From assembly GCA_024654525.1 (NCBI GenBank), contig JANLHI010000032.1, positions 128,172 through 192,171 of the forward strand: DNA of 64,000 nt, read 5' to 3'. This DNA comes from Patescibacteria group bacterium (GTDB lineage Bacteria > Patescibacteriota > Minisyncoccia > UBA6257 > 2-01-FULL-56-20). Below are positions 17,986 to 26,414 of this stretch, in pieces (within the stretch, counting starts at the first letter, position 1; every line of letters begins with the position of its first letter). The notes beneath the pieces were generated by a model. The model had not been told where the DNA came from. It ran no database searches and saw only the letters and a list, made by a program, of their open reading frames with translations. The position numbers were made by a program, and so were the translations under genes.

Positions 17986-18981
17986 ATGACCGAGAATCAA
18001 AAGCTTGTTTCAATTATTATTCCCGCATACAACGCCGCGGAATATGTAGAGGAGGCGGTGCGCTCGGCGCTCGCACAGACATATTCTCCATGCGAGGTGA
18101 TTGTGGTGGACGACGGTTCAACCGATAGCACTGCTGATATTGTTACTCCCTATGCGGAACGGGGAGAAGTTATTTTTATACCACAAACAAACAAAGGACT
18201 TGCCAGTGCGAGAAACACGGGTATCCGCAATGCGCACGGTGCGTACATTGCGCTTCTCGATAGTGACGATATGTTTTTGCCGGAGAAAATTACGCAACAG
18301 GTTGCCGCGCTTGAAGAACATCCCGAATACGGCGTGTGTTACTCCGACCTTCTTCACTTTGTTGATCCGCCTGCGGGCGCGCGAACAGGCAGTATGTTTC
18401 GAAAATTTTATCACCATCGTTACTCATACCCTTCGGGAGATATATTCGAGCCGTTGCTTCATCGGCAGTTTATCAATCCGCTTACGGTGATGGTGCGACG
18501 AGAGGTGATTGAGAAACATGGGATGTTTGATGAATCATTGCGCCGTTCGGAGGACTGGGATTTATGGCTTCGTTGGGCGTATGCGGGGGTGAAATTTTTA
18601 TATCTTAATAATCCATTGGCACACTACCGCATTGTTCAAAGTGGCAGTAATCTATCGTCTGTGAAGAGCGAACCCGAAATGAAGGAAAAGAACCTCGATA
18701 TTTTTGTGCGAATAGGGGAACGACTTTCCGAAGATGAAAGGCGTCGTTATCGGTTTAATACAATCCTCTCTGCGATTAAAAAGAAAGTGGTGTTTGCGTA
18801 TCTTATGACGGGTGATAAAAAAACTGCATTGCGTCGTGCAAAAGAATTAACACCCTCGTGGTGGTGGCTGGTGCGTTGTGCGCCGAGGCGTAGCACTGCG
18901 TTGTGCATGGGGATTTTCCGAAAATTCAAACATCGCACATTGCTGAAAAAATCCAAATCATCAATAATTACTAATCAATGA
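17986..18981 (+). CDS. glycosyltransferase family 2
   Basis: VSIIIPAYNAAEYVEEAVRSALAQTY...VIVVDDGSTDST...DSDD is the GT-A signature. Confidence 0.7.
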   Translation: MTENQKLVSIIIPAYNAAEYVEEAVRSALAQTYSPCEVIVVDDGSTDSTADIVTPYAERGEVIFIPQTNKGLASARNTGIRNAHGAYIALLDSDDMFLPEKITQQVAALEEHPEYGVCYSDLLHFVDPPAGARTGSMFRKFYHHRYSYPSGDIFEPLLHRQFINPLTVMVRREVIEKHGMFDESLRRSEDWDLWLRWAYAGVKFLYLNNPLAHYRIVQSGSNLSSVKSEPEMKEKNLDIFVRIGERLSEDERRRYRFNTILSAIKKKVVFAYLMTGDKKTALRRAKELTPSWWWLVRCAPRRSTALCMGIFRKFKHRTLLKKSKSSIITNQ

Positions 18982-20054
18982 CCAACAAGCTTGTTCTTAT
19001 AACCGGAGGTGCGGGGTTTATAGGGTCGCACACCGCCGATCTCCTCAAAGAAAAAGGATATCGTGTGCGTATTATGGATAATTTGGCGCGTCAGGTGCAT
19101 GGGGGAAAATGGCCTCGTTATGTGCAAGAAAAGGGTTTTGAGCTTCAACGGGGAGACGTGACGAAGAAGAAGGATTGGGAGGAGGCGCTTCAGGGTGTTT
19201 CGTATGTGTTCCACCTCGCGGCATATCAGGATCAGCGTCCCGATTTTGGTGAGTTTTTCCGTGTGAATACGGTGGGTACCGCACTACTCTATGAAACGGC
19301 GGTCGCGGAAAAAATAAAATTAAAGAGAGTGGTGCTCGCGAGTTCGCAATTCGCGTACGGCGACGGCGCATATCGGTGCAAGCATCAAAAAGAAGTGTTC
19401 TATCCCGAATTGAGGAGCGAAGCGGATTTGAAAAAGAAGCGGTTTGATATCACGTGTCCTCATGGCGGTGTGGCGCATTTCGCTTCCTTTCGGGAAGACC
19501 AGCAACTCACTCCCATAAACTCCTACGGGCTTTCCAAGGAGTCTTTAGAGCGCCTTGGTATGAGGCTTGGGAAAACCTACGGCGTTCCCACGGTGGCATT
19601 GCGGTATTCCATTGTACAGGGTGCACGGCAGTCGCCTCGGAATTTATATTCCGGTGCGCTCCGAATATTTACACTTCAAGCGCTTCGTAATGAGCCGATC
19701 ACCGTGTATGAGGATGGGAATCAATTGCGCGATTTCGTAAATGTGAAAGATGTTGCCCAAGCGAATTTGCTCGCACTTACAAAAAAAGATTCGGTATTCG
19801 GGATATTTAATGTGGGAGGAGGGAAGGGATATTGTGTGTCGGATTTTGCGCAAATAGTCAAAAATATTACCGGTTCATCTTCTCGTATTGTAATAGGAGG
19901 ATATAGGAGGACGGATAGTCGCCATGCGGTTTCCGATATTGGAAAAATGAAACGTCTCGGATGGATCCCATCTGCAACGCCGGAGGATTCGGTGCGTGAA
20001 TATGTTGCGTGGCTTCGCAATGAAGTCGCATACCGTTCTTTATTCCTCCGATAA
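18978..20054 (+). CDS. NAD-dependent epimerase/dehydratase family protein (extended SDR) with Cys-containing insertion
   Basis: LVLITGGAGFIGSHTAD Rossmann motif and YGLSKESLE, the Y-x3-K catalytic pair. An unusual ~40-aa insertion (YRCKHQKEVFYPELRSEADLKKKRFDITCPHGG) is present. Overlaps the previous gene by 4 nt. Confidence 0.6.
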   Translation: MTNKLVLITGGAGFIGSHTADLLKEKGYRVRIMDNLARQVHGGKWPRYVQEKGFELQRGDVTKKKDWEEALQGVSYVFHLAAYQDQRPDFGEFFRVNTVGTALLYETAVAEKIKLKRVVLASSQFAYGDGAYRCKHQKEVFYPELRSEADLKKKRFDITCPHGGVAHFASFREDQQLTPINSYGLSKESLERLGMRLGKTYGVPTVALRYSIVQGARQSPRNLYSGALRIFTLQALRNEPITVYEDGNQLRDFVNVKDVAQANLLALTKKDSVFGIFNVGGGKGYCVSDFAQIVKNITGSSSRIVIGGYRRTDSRHAVSDIGKMKRLGWIPSATPEDSVREYVAWLRNEVAYRSLFLR

Positions 20055-21356
20055 ATTTGAGTGCGGTGTGTTATGAGGGGGAAGAAACAATGCAAGCGAG
20101 AGCAGTATCCACATAAGGCGAAATGTAGACATGTTATCGAAGAATGATGCGATGAAAAGTCCGATAAGCGATGCGAAGAGGTAAAGGGGGATATGTTCAA
20201 ATCGCATCGCGCGTCCAGCGATGTTTTTAATTCCTGCTCCCAAGAGCATTAGCCATCCTGCGAGTCCGAGAGGTCCCGTAAGTGCCAAGAGTTCAAGGGG
20301 GGTATTGTGTGGTCCTTGAGGTCCCGCGCCGATGTCTATTGGAGTATAAGAGATTCCGAGTCCCCATGGACGATCCAAAAGCATATTCCAATATATAGTC
20401 CAGAGTTTTGTGCGGTGATTATCGGATAGCTGTACGGAAAAATTTTTTTGTTGTAGCGCGGTTATTTCGGTAATGGCGCTTTGATCGGGTTGGCAAATAT
20501 TTGTTTCGTTATCAAGGAAATATGCTCTAAAGTCAGGAGAAATTCTTCCGATTACAAGATTTCTGCTGTAGCAGGGGAGAATAGCGAAACTTAGTATCGG
20601 GATTATAATAAAAAGTATGGCTATTGTTATGCTGGCGCGGGACATGATATTTGCGCGGTGACGGAATGCCCATGTGCCCATTATGAGTATTAACACAAGT
20701 GTTATTCCCACCCAGCTTGCGCGGGATTGAGTCCATAACATAATTGCCACTAAGACGACCGTGCCAAGATATGTGAGTATTGCAGTCTTTCGTTTTTTTT
20801 CTTCGAACGCGATGAGCCACCATATGAATAGCATGGTGATACTCGCGATAAGATAGTAGCCGATGTTTGATGGCCAGTTTTCAAAAAGCTGGAAGCGATA
20901 CATCTCGGTTGCGAAATAATCAGGAGAGAAAAAAACGATTGCGTAGGTAAGTGTGCTGAGTTGCACTACGGCTGCTTTTTTTGCAAATAAAGAATTGCGA
21001 GAGAGAAGTACTCCCGAAAGAAACAGTATGGAAATTACTTCTCCAAAGCGAAATATTTCTAGAATATTTTCTCCGGATAACGATGCGGAGTGAGAAGCGA
21101 GTGTGATAATTTCTGCGAGTGCACCGCCTCCACACAGTAATAGTATTCCCCATACGATTGTTTTTGAGAATTTCGGCAAAGGAGCTCTGGGAGGAATACG
21201 GTATGCGACTAGCGTTGCCAGAATGCTTATAAAAATGAATATGTCACTTGCCCGTTTTAGTACCCATGGGTATTCATTGTTTCGTACGATAAGGAATGCG
21301 ATTGCGGCGAGGAAACACCATTCCGCCATGGCAAAGATTCTTTGTTTTGTAAACAT
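20040..21356 (-). CDS. O-antigen ligase/polymerase-like membrane protein (Wzy_C family)
   Basis: 438 aa polytopic membrane protein. The central WTQSRASWVGITLVLILIMG segment resembles the Wzy_C/O-antigen ligase signature region. There is a large periplasmic-like loop near the C-terminus. Confidence 0.45.
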   Translation of the reverse strand: MFTKQRIFAMAEWCFLAAIAFLIVRNNEYPWVLKRASDIFIFISILATLVAYRIPPRAPLPKFSKTIVWGILLLCGGGALAEIITLASHSASLSGENILEIFRFGEVISILFLSGVLLSRNSLFAKKAAVVQLSTLTYAIVFFSPDYFATEMYRFQLFENWPSNIGYYLIASITMLFIWWLIAFEEKKRKTAILTYLGTVVLVAIMLWTQSRASWVGITLVLILIMGTWAFRHRANIMSRASITIAILFIIIPILSFAILPCYSRNLVIGRISPDFRAYFLDNETNICQPDQSAITEITALQQKNFSVQLSDNHRTKLWTIYWNMLLDRPWGLGISYTPIDIGAGPQGPHNTPLELLALTGPLGLAGWLMLLGAGIKNIAGRAMRFEHIPLYLFASLIGLFIASFFDNMSTFRLMWILLSLALFLPPHNTPHSNLSEE

Positions 21357-21411
21357 GTCAGAATTGTAGTCTATTTTGACCGTTTGGGTAATTTATTGTA
21401 GAGTAAGACCC

Positions 21412-22431
21412 ATGATTGTGGTACGCGCACCGCTTCGATTGAGTTTTGTGGGAGGAGGAACCGACCAGCCGGGTTTCTATAAACGCGCACCCGGACGCGT
21501 TGTTTCGACAACGATTGATAAGTTTGTGTATCTTGTGATTAATCGTACTCCGCTTATCAAAAAAGTGTCAGCGCGTTACTCGGCCTCGGAAACGGTGAAT
21601 CATCCCTCGGAACTTCAGCATACTCGTATTCGTGCCGCACTTACTGATCTTGGTATTGAGTCGGGGATAGAGGTGGGGTCGTTTGCGTCACTTCCGGCGA
21701 AGACGGGGCTTGGGTCCTCTTCGAGTTTCACCGTGGCGCTCCTTAAAGGACTCCACGCATTCAAAGGAAGTAAGCTTGATTCTCGCGAAGTTGCGGAAGC
21801 CGCATCGCGTCTTGAGATGGAGCTTATACAAGAGCCTATCGGAAAGCAGGATCAATATGCGGCGGCATTTGGTGGTTTCAACATGTTTCAATTCAATGCG
21901 GATAATTCGGTGGAGGTAACATCGATGTTCTTGAGCTATAAAAATCATTTAGGACTTGAACAACACCTCCTTCTTTTTTTCACGGGACTTACGCGCGCGG
22001 CATCAAGTGTGCTTACCGAACAAAGGGAGAAGCTTGATGCGAAATTCGAAACATATAGAACTATGGCGGATTCGGTGTCGGAATTTGCGGAGCGTCTTGC
22101 GGCGGCGGATTTTAAGGGACTGGGCGGCATGCTCCATGACGGGTGGCAAAAAAAGAAAAGCTTAGCATCCGGAGTTTCAAGTTCTGTAATCGATCGACTC
22201 TATGATGCGGGTATGAATGCCGGCGCATGGGGAGGAAAAGTGGCAGGCGCGGGTGGTGGAGGGTGTGTGATGTTTCTTGCTTCTCCGGAAACGCATACTA
22301 CTATACGTGCATCGGTGGCGAAGGTTGCACATGAAAATAATCTTCAGGATTTTCAGGAAATCCCCGTCCATTTTTCAAAATCTGGCGCGGAGATTCTTTA
22401 CAACGGCGACTGGGCGGTGCATTTGGGTTAA
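21412..22431 (+). CDS. hddA: D-glycero-alpha-D-manno-heptose 7-phosphate kinase (GHMP kinase)
   Basis: MIVVRAPLRLSFVGGGTD N-terminus and the PAKTGLGSSSSFTVALLKGL GHMP ATP-binding motif. Sits immediately upstream of gmhA/gmhB/hddC homologs. Start at ATG 21412. Confidence 0.65.
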   Translation: MIVVRAPLRLSFVGGGTDQPGFYKRAPGRVVSTTIDKFVYLVINRTPLIKKVSARYSASETVNHPSELQHTRIRAALTDLGIESGIEVGSFASLPAKTGLGSSSSFTVALLKGLHAFKGSKLDSREVAEAASRLEMELIQEPIGKQDQYAAAFGGFNMFQFNADNSVEVTSMFLSYKNHLGLEQHLLLFFTGLTRAASSVLTEQREKLDAKFETYRTMADSVSEFAERLAAADFKGLGGMLHDGWQKKKSLASGVSSSVIDRLYDAGMNAGAWGGKVAGAGGGGCVMFLASPETHTTIRASVAKVAHENNLQDFQEIPVHFSKSGAEILYNGDWAVHLG

Positions 22432-22440
22432 TTTCTATTC

Positions 22441-23037
22441 ATGCAACACTATATCAAAGAATATCTCGAACGCGAGATTGAAATGCTTCGTAATCTTCCT
22501 CATGAAGAAATTGCAAAAGCGATTGACGTGCTCCACGCGTGCTACGAGCGCGATGGGCGCATCTATATTTTTGGAAACGGGGGTTCGCTCGCGATAGCGA
22601 CGCATTGGGTGAGCGATTTTAATAAAACCGTATTCAGTCACAATCTCAAACATTCTGCGCGACGGTTTCAGGCAATTCGTGTGCCGACGACGGAGTCCGA
22701 GCTCACCGCATGGGCGAACGATGTGGGGTACGACATGGTGTTTGCCGGACCGCTTCAAAATTATCTTCAAGACTCGGATGTGGTGGTGGCAATTTCAAGT
22801 TCGGGAAATTCCGAAAATATTATCAAAGCGGTAGAGCTTGCGAAATCGCGCAAAATTCCGGTAATAGGCCTTTCGGGATTTGATGGGGGAAAATTGAATG
22901 AGTTGTCGGATATCAAAGTCCTTGTTTCGAGTTCTCAAGGAGAGTATGAGCTGGTGGAAGGAGCGCACATGGTGATATTCCACCTTATGACAAAATATTT
23001 TAAGGATTACCTTGACCATGCAAGCAAAAAGCAATGA
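22441..23037 (+). CDS. gmhA: phosphoheptose (sedoheptulose-7-phosphate) isomerase, SIS domain
   Basis: RIYIFGNGGSLAIATHWVSDF and VVVAISSSGNSENIIKAVELAK...VIGLSGFDGGKL match GmhA SIS-domain motifs. 198 aa. Confidence 0.75.
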   Translation: MQHYIKEYLEREIEMLRNLPHEEIAKAIDVLHACYERDGRIYIFGNGGSLAIATHWVSDFNKTVFSHNLKHSARRFQAIRVPTTESELTAWANDVGYDMVFAGPLQNYLQDSDVVVAISSSGNSENIIKAVELAKSRKIPVIGLSGFDGGKLNELSDIKVLVSSSQGEYELVEGAHMVIFHLMTKYFKDYLDHASKKQ

Positions 23038-23665
23038 TACCACTCACAAGAAAGAGGAGCGGGCTTGCCCGCCAAAGCCCCGCCTGCCGACAGGCGGGTT
23101 CGCGCGAAGGCGGGCCGTTTTCCTCGATCGCGACGGGGTAATCAATCACGAAGTGAATTATCTCGCGCGCGTGGAAGACCTTCGTCTTATCCGCGGCGCG
23201 GCGGCGGCAATCAGGCGGTTGAATACACTCGGCATCCTCGCGGTGGTAATCACCAATCAGGGCGGAATTGCAAAGGGCTTATTTACCGAGAAAGACCTCC
23301 ACAGAATCCACAAAGAAATACACCGGCGACTCGGGCGGCAGGGGGCTCGCCTCGACGGCGTTTTTTATTGCCCGCATCGTCCGGAAGGGGTGGTGAAGGA
23401 GTATGTAACCGTGTGCCTGTGTCGGAAACCCGGGACGCTTATGGTGGAAAAAGCGGTGAAGGAATTGGATATTGATTTTAAAAAAAGTTTTTTTGTGGGC
23501 GACGCGACGCTTGATATCCTTACGGGGAAAAATGCGGGTGTGACGACAATTTTGGTGGAAACCGGTTATGGAGGAAGTGACAAAAAACACGAAGTGACGC
23601 CGGATTTTACCGCAAAAGACCTGTCGCATGCGGTAAAAATTATAGAGAAACACGGTAAGAAATAA
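23012..23665 (+). CDS. gmhB: D,D-heptose 1,7-bisphosphate phosphatase (HAD superfamily)
   Basis: AVFLDRDGVINHE (HAD motif I), VVITNQGGIAKG (motif II), and the CPHRPE...CLCRKP zinc-binding insertion typical of GmhB. The N-terminal ~30 aa overlap the gmhA end and may not be translated. Confidence 0.7.
   Translation: MTMQAKSNDTTHKKEERACPPKPRLPTGGFARRRAVFLDRDGVINHEVNYLARVEDLRLIRGAAAAIRRLNTLGILAVVITNQGGIAKGLFTEKDLHRIHKEIHRRLGRQGARLDGVFYCPHRPEGVVKEYVTVCLCRKPGTLMVEKAVKELDIDFKKSFFVGDATLDILTGKNAGVTTILVETGYGGSDKKHEVTPDFTAKDLSHAVKIIEKHGKK
23079..23098 (+). repeat. GC-rich hairpin motif copy (cccgcctg-ccga-caggcggg), inside the gmhA/gmhB overlap
   Basis: The surrounding sequence gcctgccgacaggcgggttcgcg matches 20 of 22 positions with 39362-39383 (cctgccggcaggcaggttcgcg). 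Confidence 0.4.
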
Positions 23666-24447
23666 TGAGTAATCAACAATCAATGTTTATTAAACAAGCC
23701 GTCATTCTTTCCGCGGGGCTTGGCACGCGCCTCCGTCCGCTCACGGACAATATCCCGAAAGTGATGATTCCTCTCGCGGGGAAGCCCCTGCTTCACTGGC
23801 ACATCGAGCAGTTCAAAAAACACGGTGTTACGGATTTTTTCATCAATCTTCATTATTTGCCCGACACGATACGGGATTATTTTGGTGACGGTTCGCAGTT
23901 TGGAGTAAAAATCATCTATGTATACGAGCCCGAGATCATGGGTACTGCAGGCGGGATGAAAAATTTTGATGGAACCCTTGATGATGTTTTTTTCTTAATG
24001 TATGGCGACATGGCAAGTTTTCTCGATTATAGAAAGATGGCGGATGCTTTTTTTGCAAAGCCTGCTGATGCACTTGGCATGATGGTGGTGGGGCACAACA
24101 ATCATCCGCAGGACTCCGACCTTGTAGTGGCGGATAAAACGCTCAAATTTGAAAATATTTATATCAAACCGCACAAGGAAATGCCCGCCTCGCCGACAAG
24201 CGAACCGCTGCCTTTTTATACAATGGACGCGGCATTCGTATTTCGGAAAGAAATTTTAAAATACATTCCCGCGAAGACTCGCTATCAGATTGACCACGAC
24301 TTACTTCCCAAAATTCTCGCGGAAGGAAAGTCATTTTATGGCTACGAAACGAATGAGTATCTCTACGATGTGGGCACGATGGAGCGCTATCGCGCGGCGG
24401 AGGAATATGCAAAGAAGATTACCAACCCCAACCACTCTATTGAGTAG
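23665..24447 (+). CDS. hddC: sugar-1-phosphate nucleotidyltransferase (D-glycero-alpha-D-manno-heptose 1-phosphate guanylyltransferase-like)
   Basis: AVILSAGLGTRLRPLTDNIPKVMIPLAGKPLL is the G-x-G-T-R-x-x-P-x-T-x-x-x-P-K nucleotidyltransferase motif. Completes the hddA-gmhA-gmhB-hddC set. Confidence 0.6.
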   Translation: MSNQQSMFIKQAVILSAGLGTRLRPLTDNIPKVMIPLAGKPLLHWHIEQFKKHGVTDFFINLHYLPDTIRDYFGDGSQFGVKIIYVYEPEIMGTAGGMKNFDGTLDDVFFLMYGDMASFLDYRKMADAFFAKPADALGMMVVGHNNHPQDSDLVVADKTLKFENIYIKPHKEMPASPTSEPLPFYTMDAAFVFRKEILKYIPAKTRYQIDHDLLPKILAEGKSFYGYETNEYLYDVGTMERYRAAEEYAKKITNPNHSIE

Positions 24448-24467
24448 CGGAAGTTCTATAGTGTTTT

Positions 24468-24510
24468 AAAACCTTACATCACTCACGATCGTGAGTGATG
24501 TAAGGTTTTT
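24468..24510. terminator. bidirectional rho-independent terminator (perfect 20-bp palindrome)
   Basis: aaaccttacatcactcacgatcgtgagtgatgtaaggttt is a perfect inverted repeat centred on gatc. It is flanked by ttttaaa upstream and ttttt downstream. Lies between convergent hddC (+) and the GalT-like gene (-). Confidence 0.7.
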
Positions 24511-24540
24511 CTCAATACGTTTCTTAATGGTGTAAAAACT

Positions 24541-24580
24541 AAACACCGCGCAAACCCCATGGGGTCTGCGCGGTGCGCGA
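24541..24580 (-). terminator. putative terminator hairpin for minus-strand GalT-like gene
   Basis: GC-rich imperfect inverted repeat cgcgcaaacccca/tggggtctgcgcg. On the minus strand it is followed by a T-rich run. Confidence 0.35.
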
Positions 24581-24622
24581 AATTGCTACTGTTTCCGAAT
24601 TTCTATCAGTACTGCCTCGCGT

Positions 24623-25442
24623 TTAGTCCGCGAGGAGGAAATCCCGGGTTGCCTCGTGCGGCCAGGGGAGGGTGAACGGCGTCCTGTGGTCGAGCGCCAT
24701 CCATTCCGACCCGCCCCATTGGTTCAGAATGGGGATGTAGCGGGCAAACCACTCTCCCGGATCATTAAAGGCGACGAGGAAGCAATAATCCGGATTGTTG
24801 AATTTCTGGTTGAATTTCAGGATAAGGCGGAGCGCATCCTCCGCGAGGCGTTCGGGGAAGGCGTCGCGCTTGGTATAGTCAGGCCTTGGATAAATAAGTG
24901 CTTCGCCTGCGCGTACTCCTGTGAGTACGGTTACGAATGCTTCGCTTTCCCAAAGATCAATCATGTCGTTTCCAATTCTGAGTTCTTTTGGCTCGGTGCC
25001 GGGTTGGAGTACATGCCAGTGATGATGCGGGAAGTTTTGCCCCGCGCCGTACCCGACATGGGTAAAAATCCACGTGGGGAACGGGTCGGTTCTTCCACAT
25101 ATCATTTCATCTCGGGCGAACCGAAGTGCGGTAGAAAGCAGCTTTCCCCCCCCCTAAACTCCACAGCGTTATCGCATCCCAACATTCATCGGGAGTGATG
25201 AGACGATGGAATGAGAAAGGGCTGTTGTTGTTCTGAAATCCTTTCCATCTTCGCGAGAGAGAATGCTCGTCAATCTGTGGTTGTGTACAAAGGGGGCAAT
25301 CCTCCCTTTTATGGGGATATTGTGGGCAGTTCATAGGAACTTGCCACGGTCGAACTGTTTTTACTGCCGTCCGTGTCCCGCCGCACAGAGTGAGATGTCC
25401 GCCAATCGTGGTTTGTACCACGCCCTCAAGAGGGATTTTCAT
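24623..25442 (-). pseudogene. galactose-1-phosphate uridylyltransferase-like HIT-family gene, frameshifted at a C9/G9 homopolymer
   Basis: The upstream ORF (25442..25107) carries GalT N-terminal motifs (KTVRPWQ, CPLC). The downstream ORF (25105..24623) carries the HIT/GalT active-site GQNFPHHHWHVLQ (HxHxQ). The two are in different frames, separated by stop - 1 nt - ATG. Extending the downstream frame back shows both frames encode ...GGGK... across the 25146-25154 C9 run, which locates the shift there. Confidence 0.5.
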
Positions 25443-25588
25443 GGTTGATTCCTTTCGTTTCAGTCGTTATTTATTTGCCAAATTTGCAGCTTCCCCATGT
25501 CCGCAAACCGGCCATGAGAAGTGGGGATATAATGTCATTTTAAATAGTGTTTGTCAACAATAACAACTTTTGTTACGCTATATGCACT

Positions 25589-26410
25589 ATGCCTCGCGTA
25601 AGTATCATTATGGCGACGTACAATCGTGCCGCGCTTTTACATAAAGCAGTGGAGAGTGTGATGCGTCAAACTATGAAGGATTGGGAGCTGATTATTATCA
25701 ACGACGCGTCTTCGGATGACACGCAGAATAAACTCGCGGAGCTTCGCGCTCGCGACAAGAGAATCATCACGCTCGCGAACGAAGTGAATCTCGGCATTTC
25801 CAAAACCTATAACAAAGGATTTCGTGTTGCGAAAGGGGAGTTTATTGCAATGATTGATGACGATGACGCGTGGATTCCCGATAATAAATTAGAAAAACAA
25901 GTGCGATTTCTCGGTTCACATTCCGACTACGTGGGGTGTGGCGGTGGTGTGATTGCAGTAGCTACGGAAGGAAAGGAATTATATCGGTATTTAAAACCCG
26001 AACGCGACGAGGAAATTCGGCGTTACATGCTTTTTTCCAATCCGATGGCGAACAGTACCACGGTATTTCGCCGTGAGGTTGGTGAGAAGGTGGGGTGGTA
26101 CGACGAATCCATCCGTTATGCGGGTGATCGGGATTTTTGGTTGAAAATGGGGCTTCAAGGAAAGCTTTGCAATGTGCCCGATTATTTTTCTTATTACACC
26201 AAAGGAACTGCGAATACCTCTATCGCAAGAATGCGCCCACATCTCAAGACTGCATTTATGGTGATGCGGCGCTATAAGGGGAAATATCCTCGATATACTG
26301 CGGCATTTTGCGCAAATCTTATTCAGTATTGGTATGCCTTTCTCCCTGCGGGAATACGGAATGCGTCCCATACGACTGCGGCGCGCGTGAAACGGATGCT
26401 GTTCAAGTAA
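25589..26410 (+). CDS. glycosyltransferase family 2
   Basis: MPRVSIIMATYNRAALLHKAVESVMRQTMKDWELIIINDASSDDT...IDDDD is the GT-A signature. Start at ATG 25589. Confidence 0.7.
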   Translation: MPRVSIIMATYNRAALLHKAVESVMRQTMKDWELIIINDASSDDTQNKLAELRARDKRIITLANEVNLGISKTYNKGFRVAKGEFIAMIDDDDAWIPDNKLEKQVRFLGSHSDYVGCGGGVIAVATEGKELYRYLKPERDEEIRRYMLFSNPMANSTTVFRREVGEKVGWYDESIRYAGDRDFWLKMGLQGKLCNVPDYFSYYTKGTANTSIARMRPHLKTAFMVMRRYKGKYPRYTAAFCANLIQYWYAFLPAGIRNASHTTAARVKRMLFK

Positions 26411-26414
26411 ATAA

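Noticed and set aside
25105-25109. The GalT-like pair as two genuinely separate, translationally coupled genes (TGA-A-ATG)
   Set aside because: Both frames encode the same GGGK peptide across the C9 run 40 bp upstream, which is the hallmark of a homopolymer indel and not a designed junction. Kept as a frameshift pseudogene or phase-variable gene.
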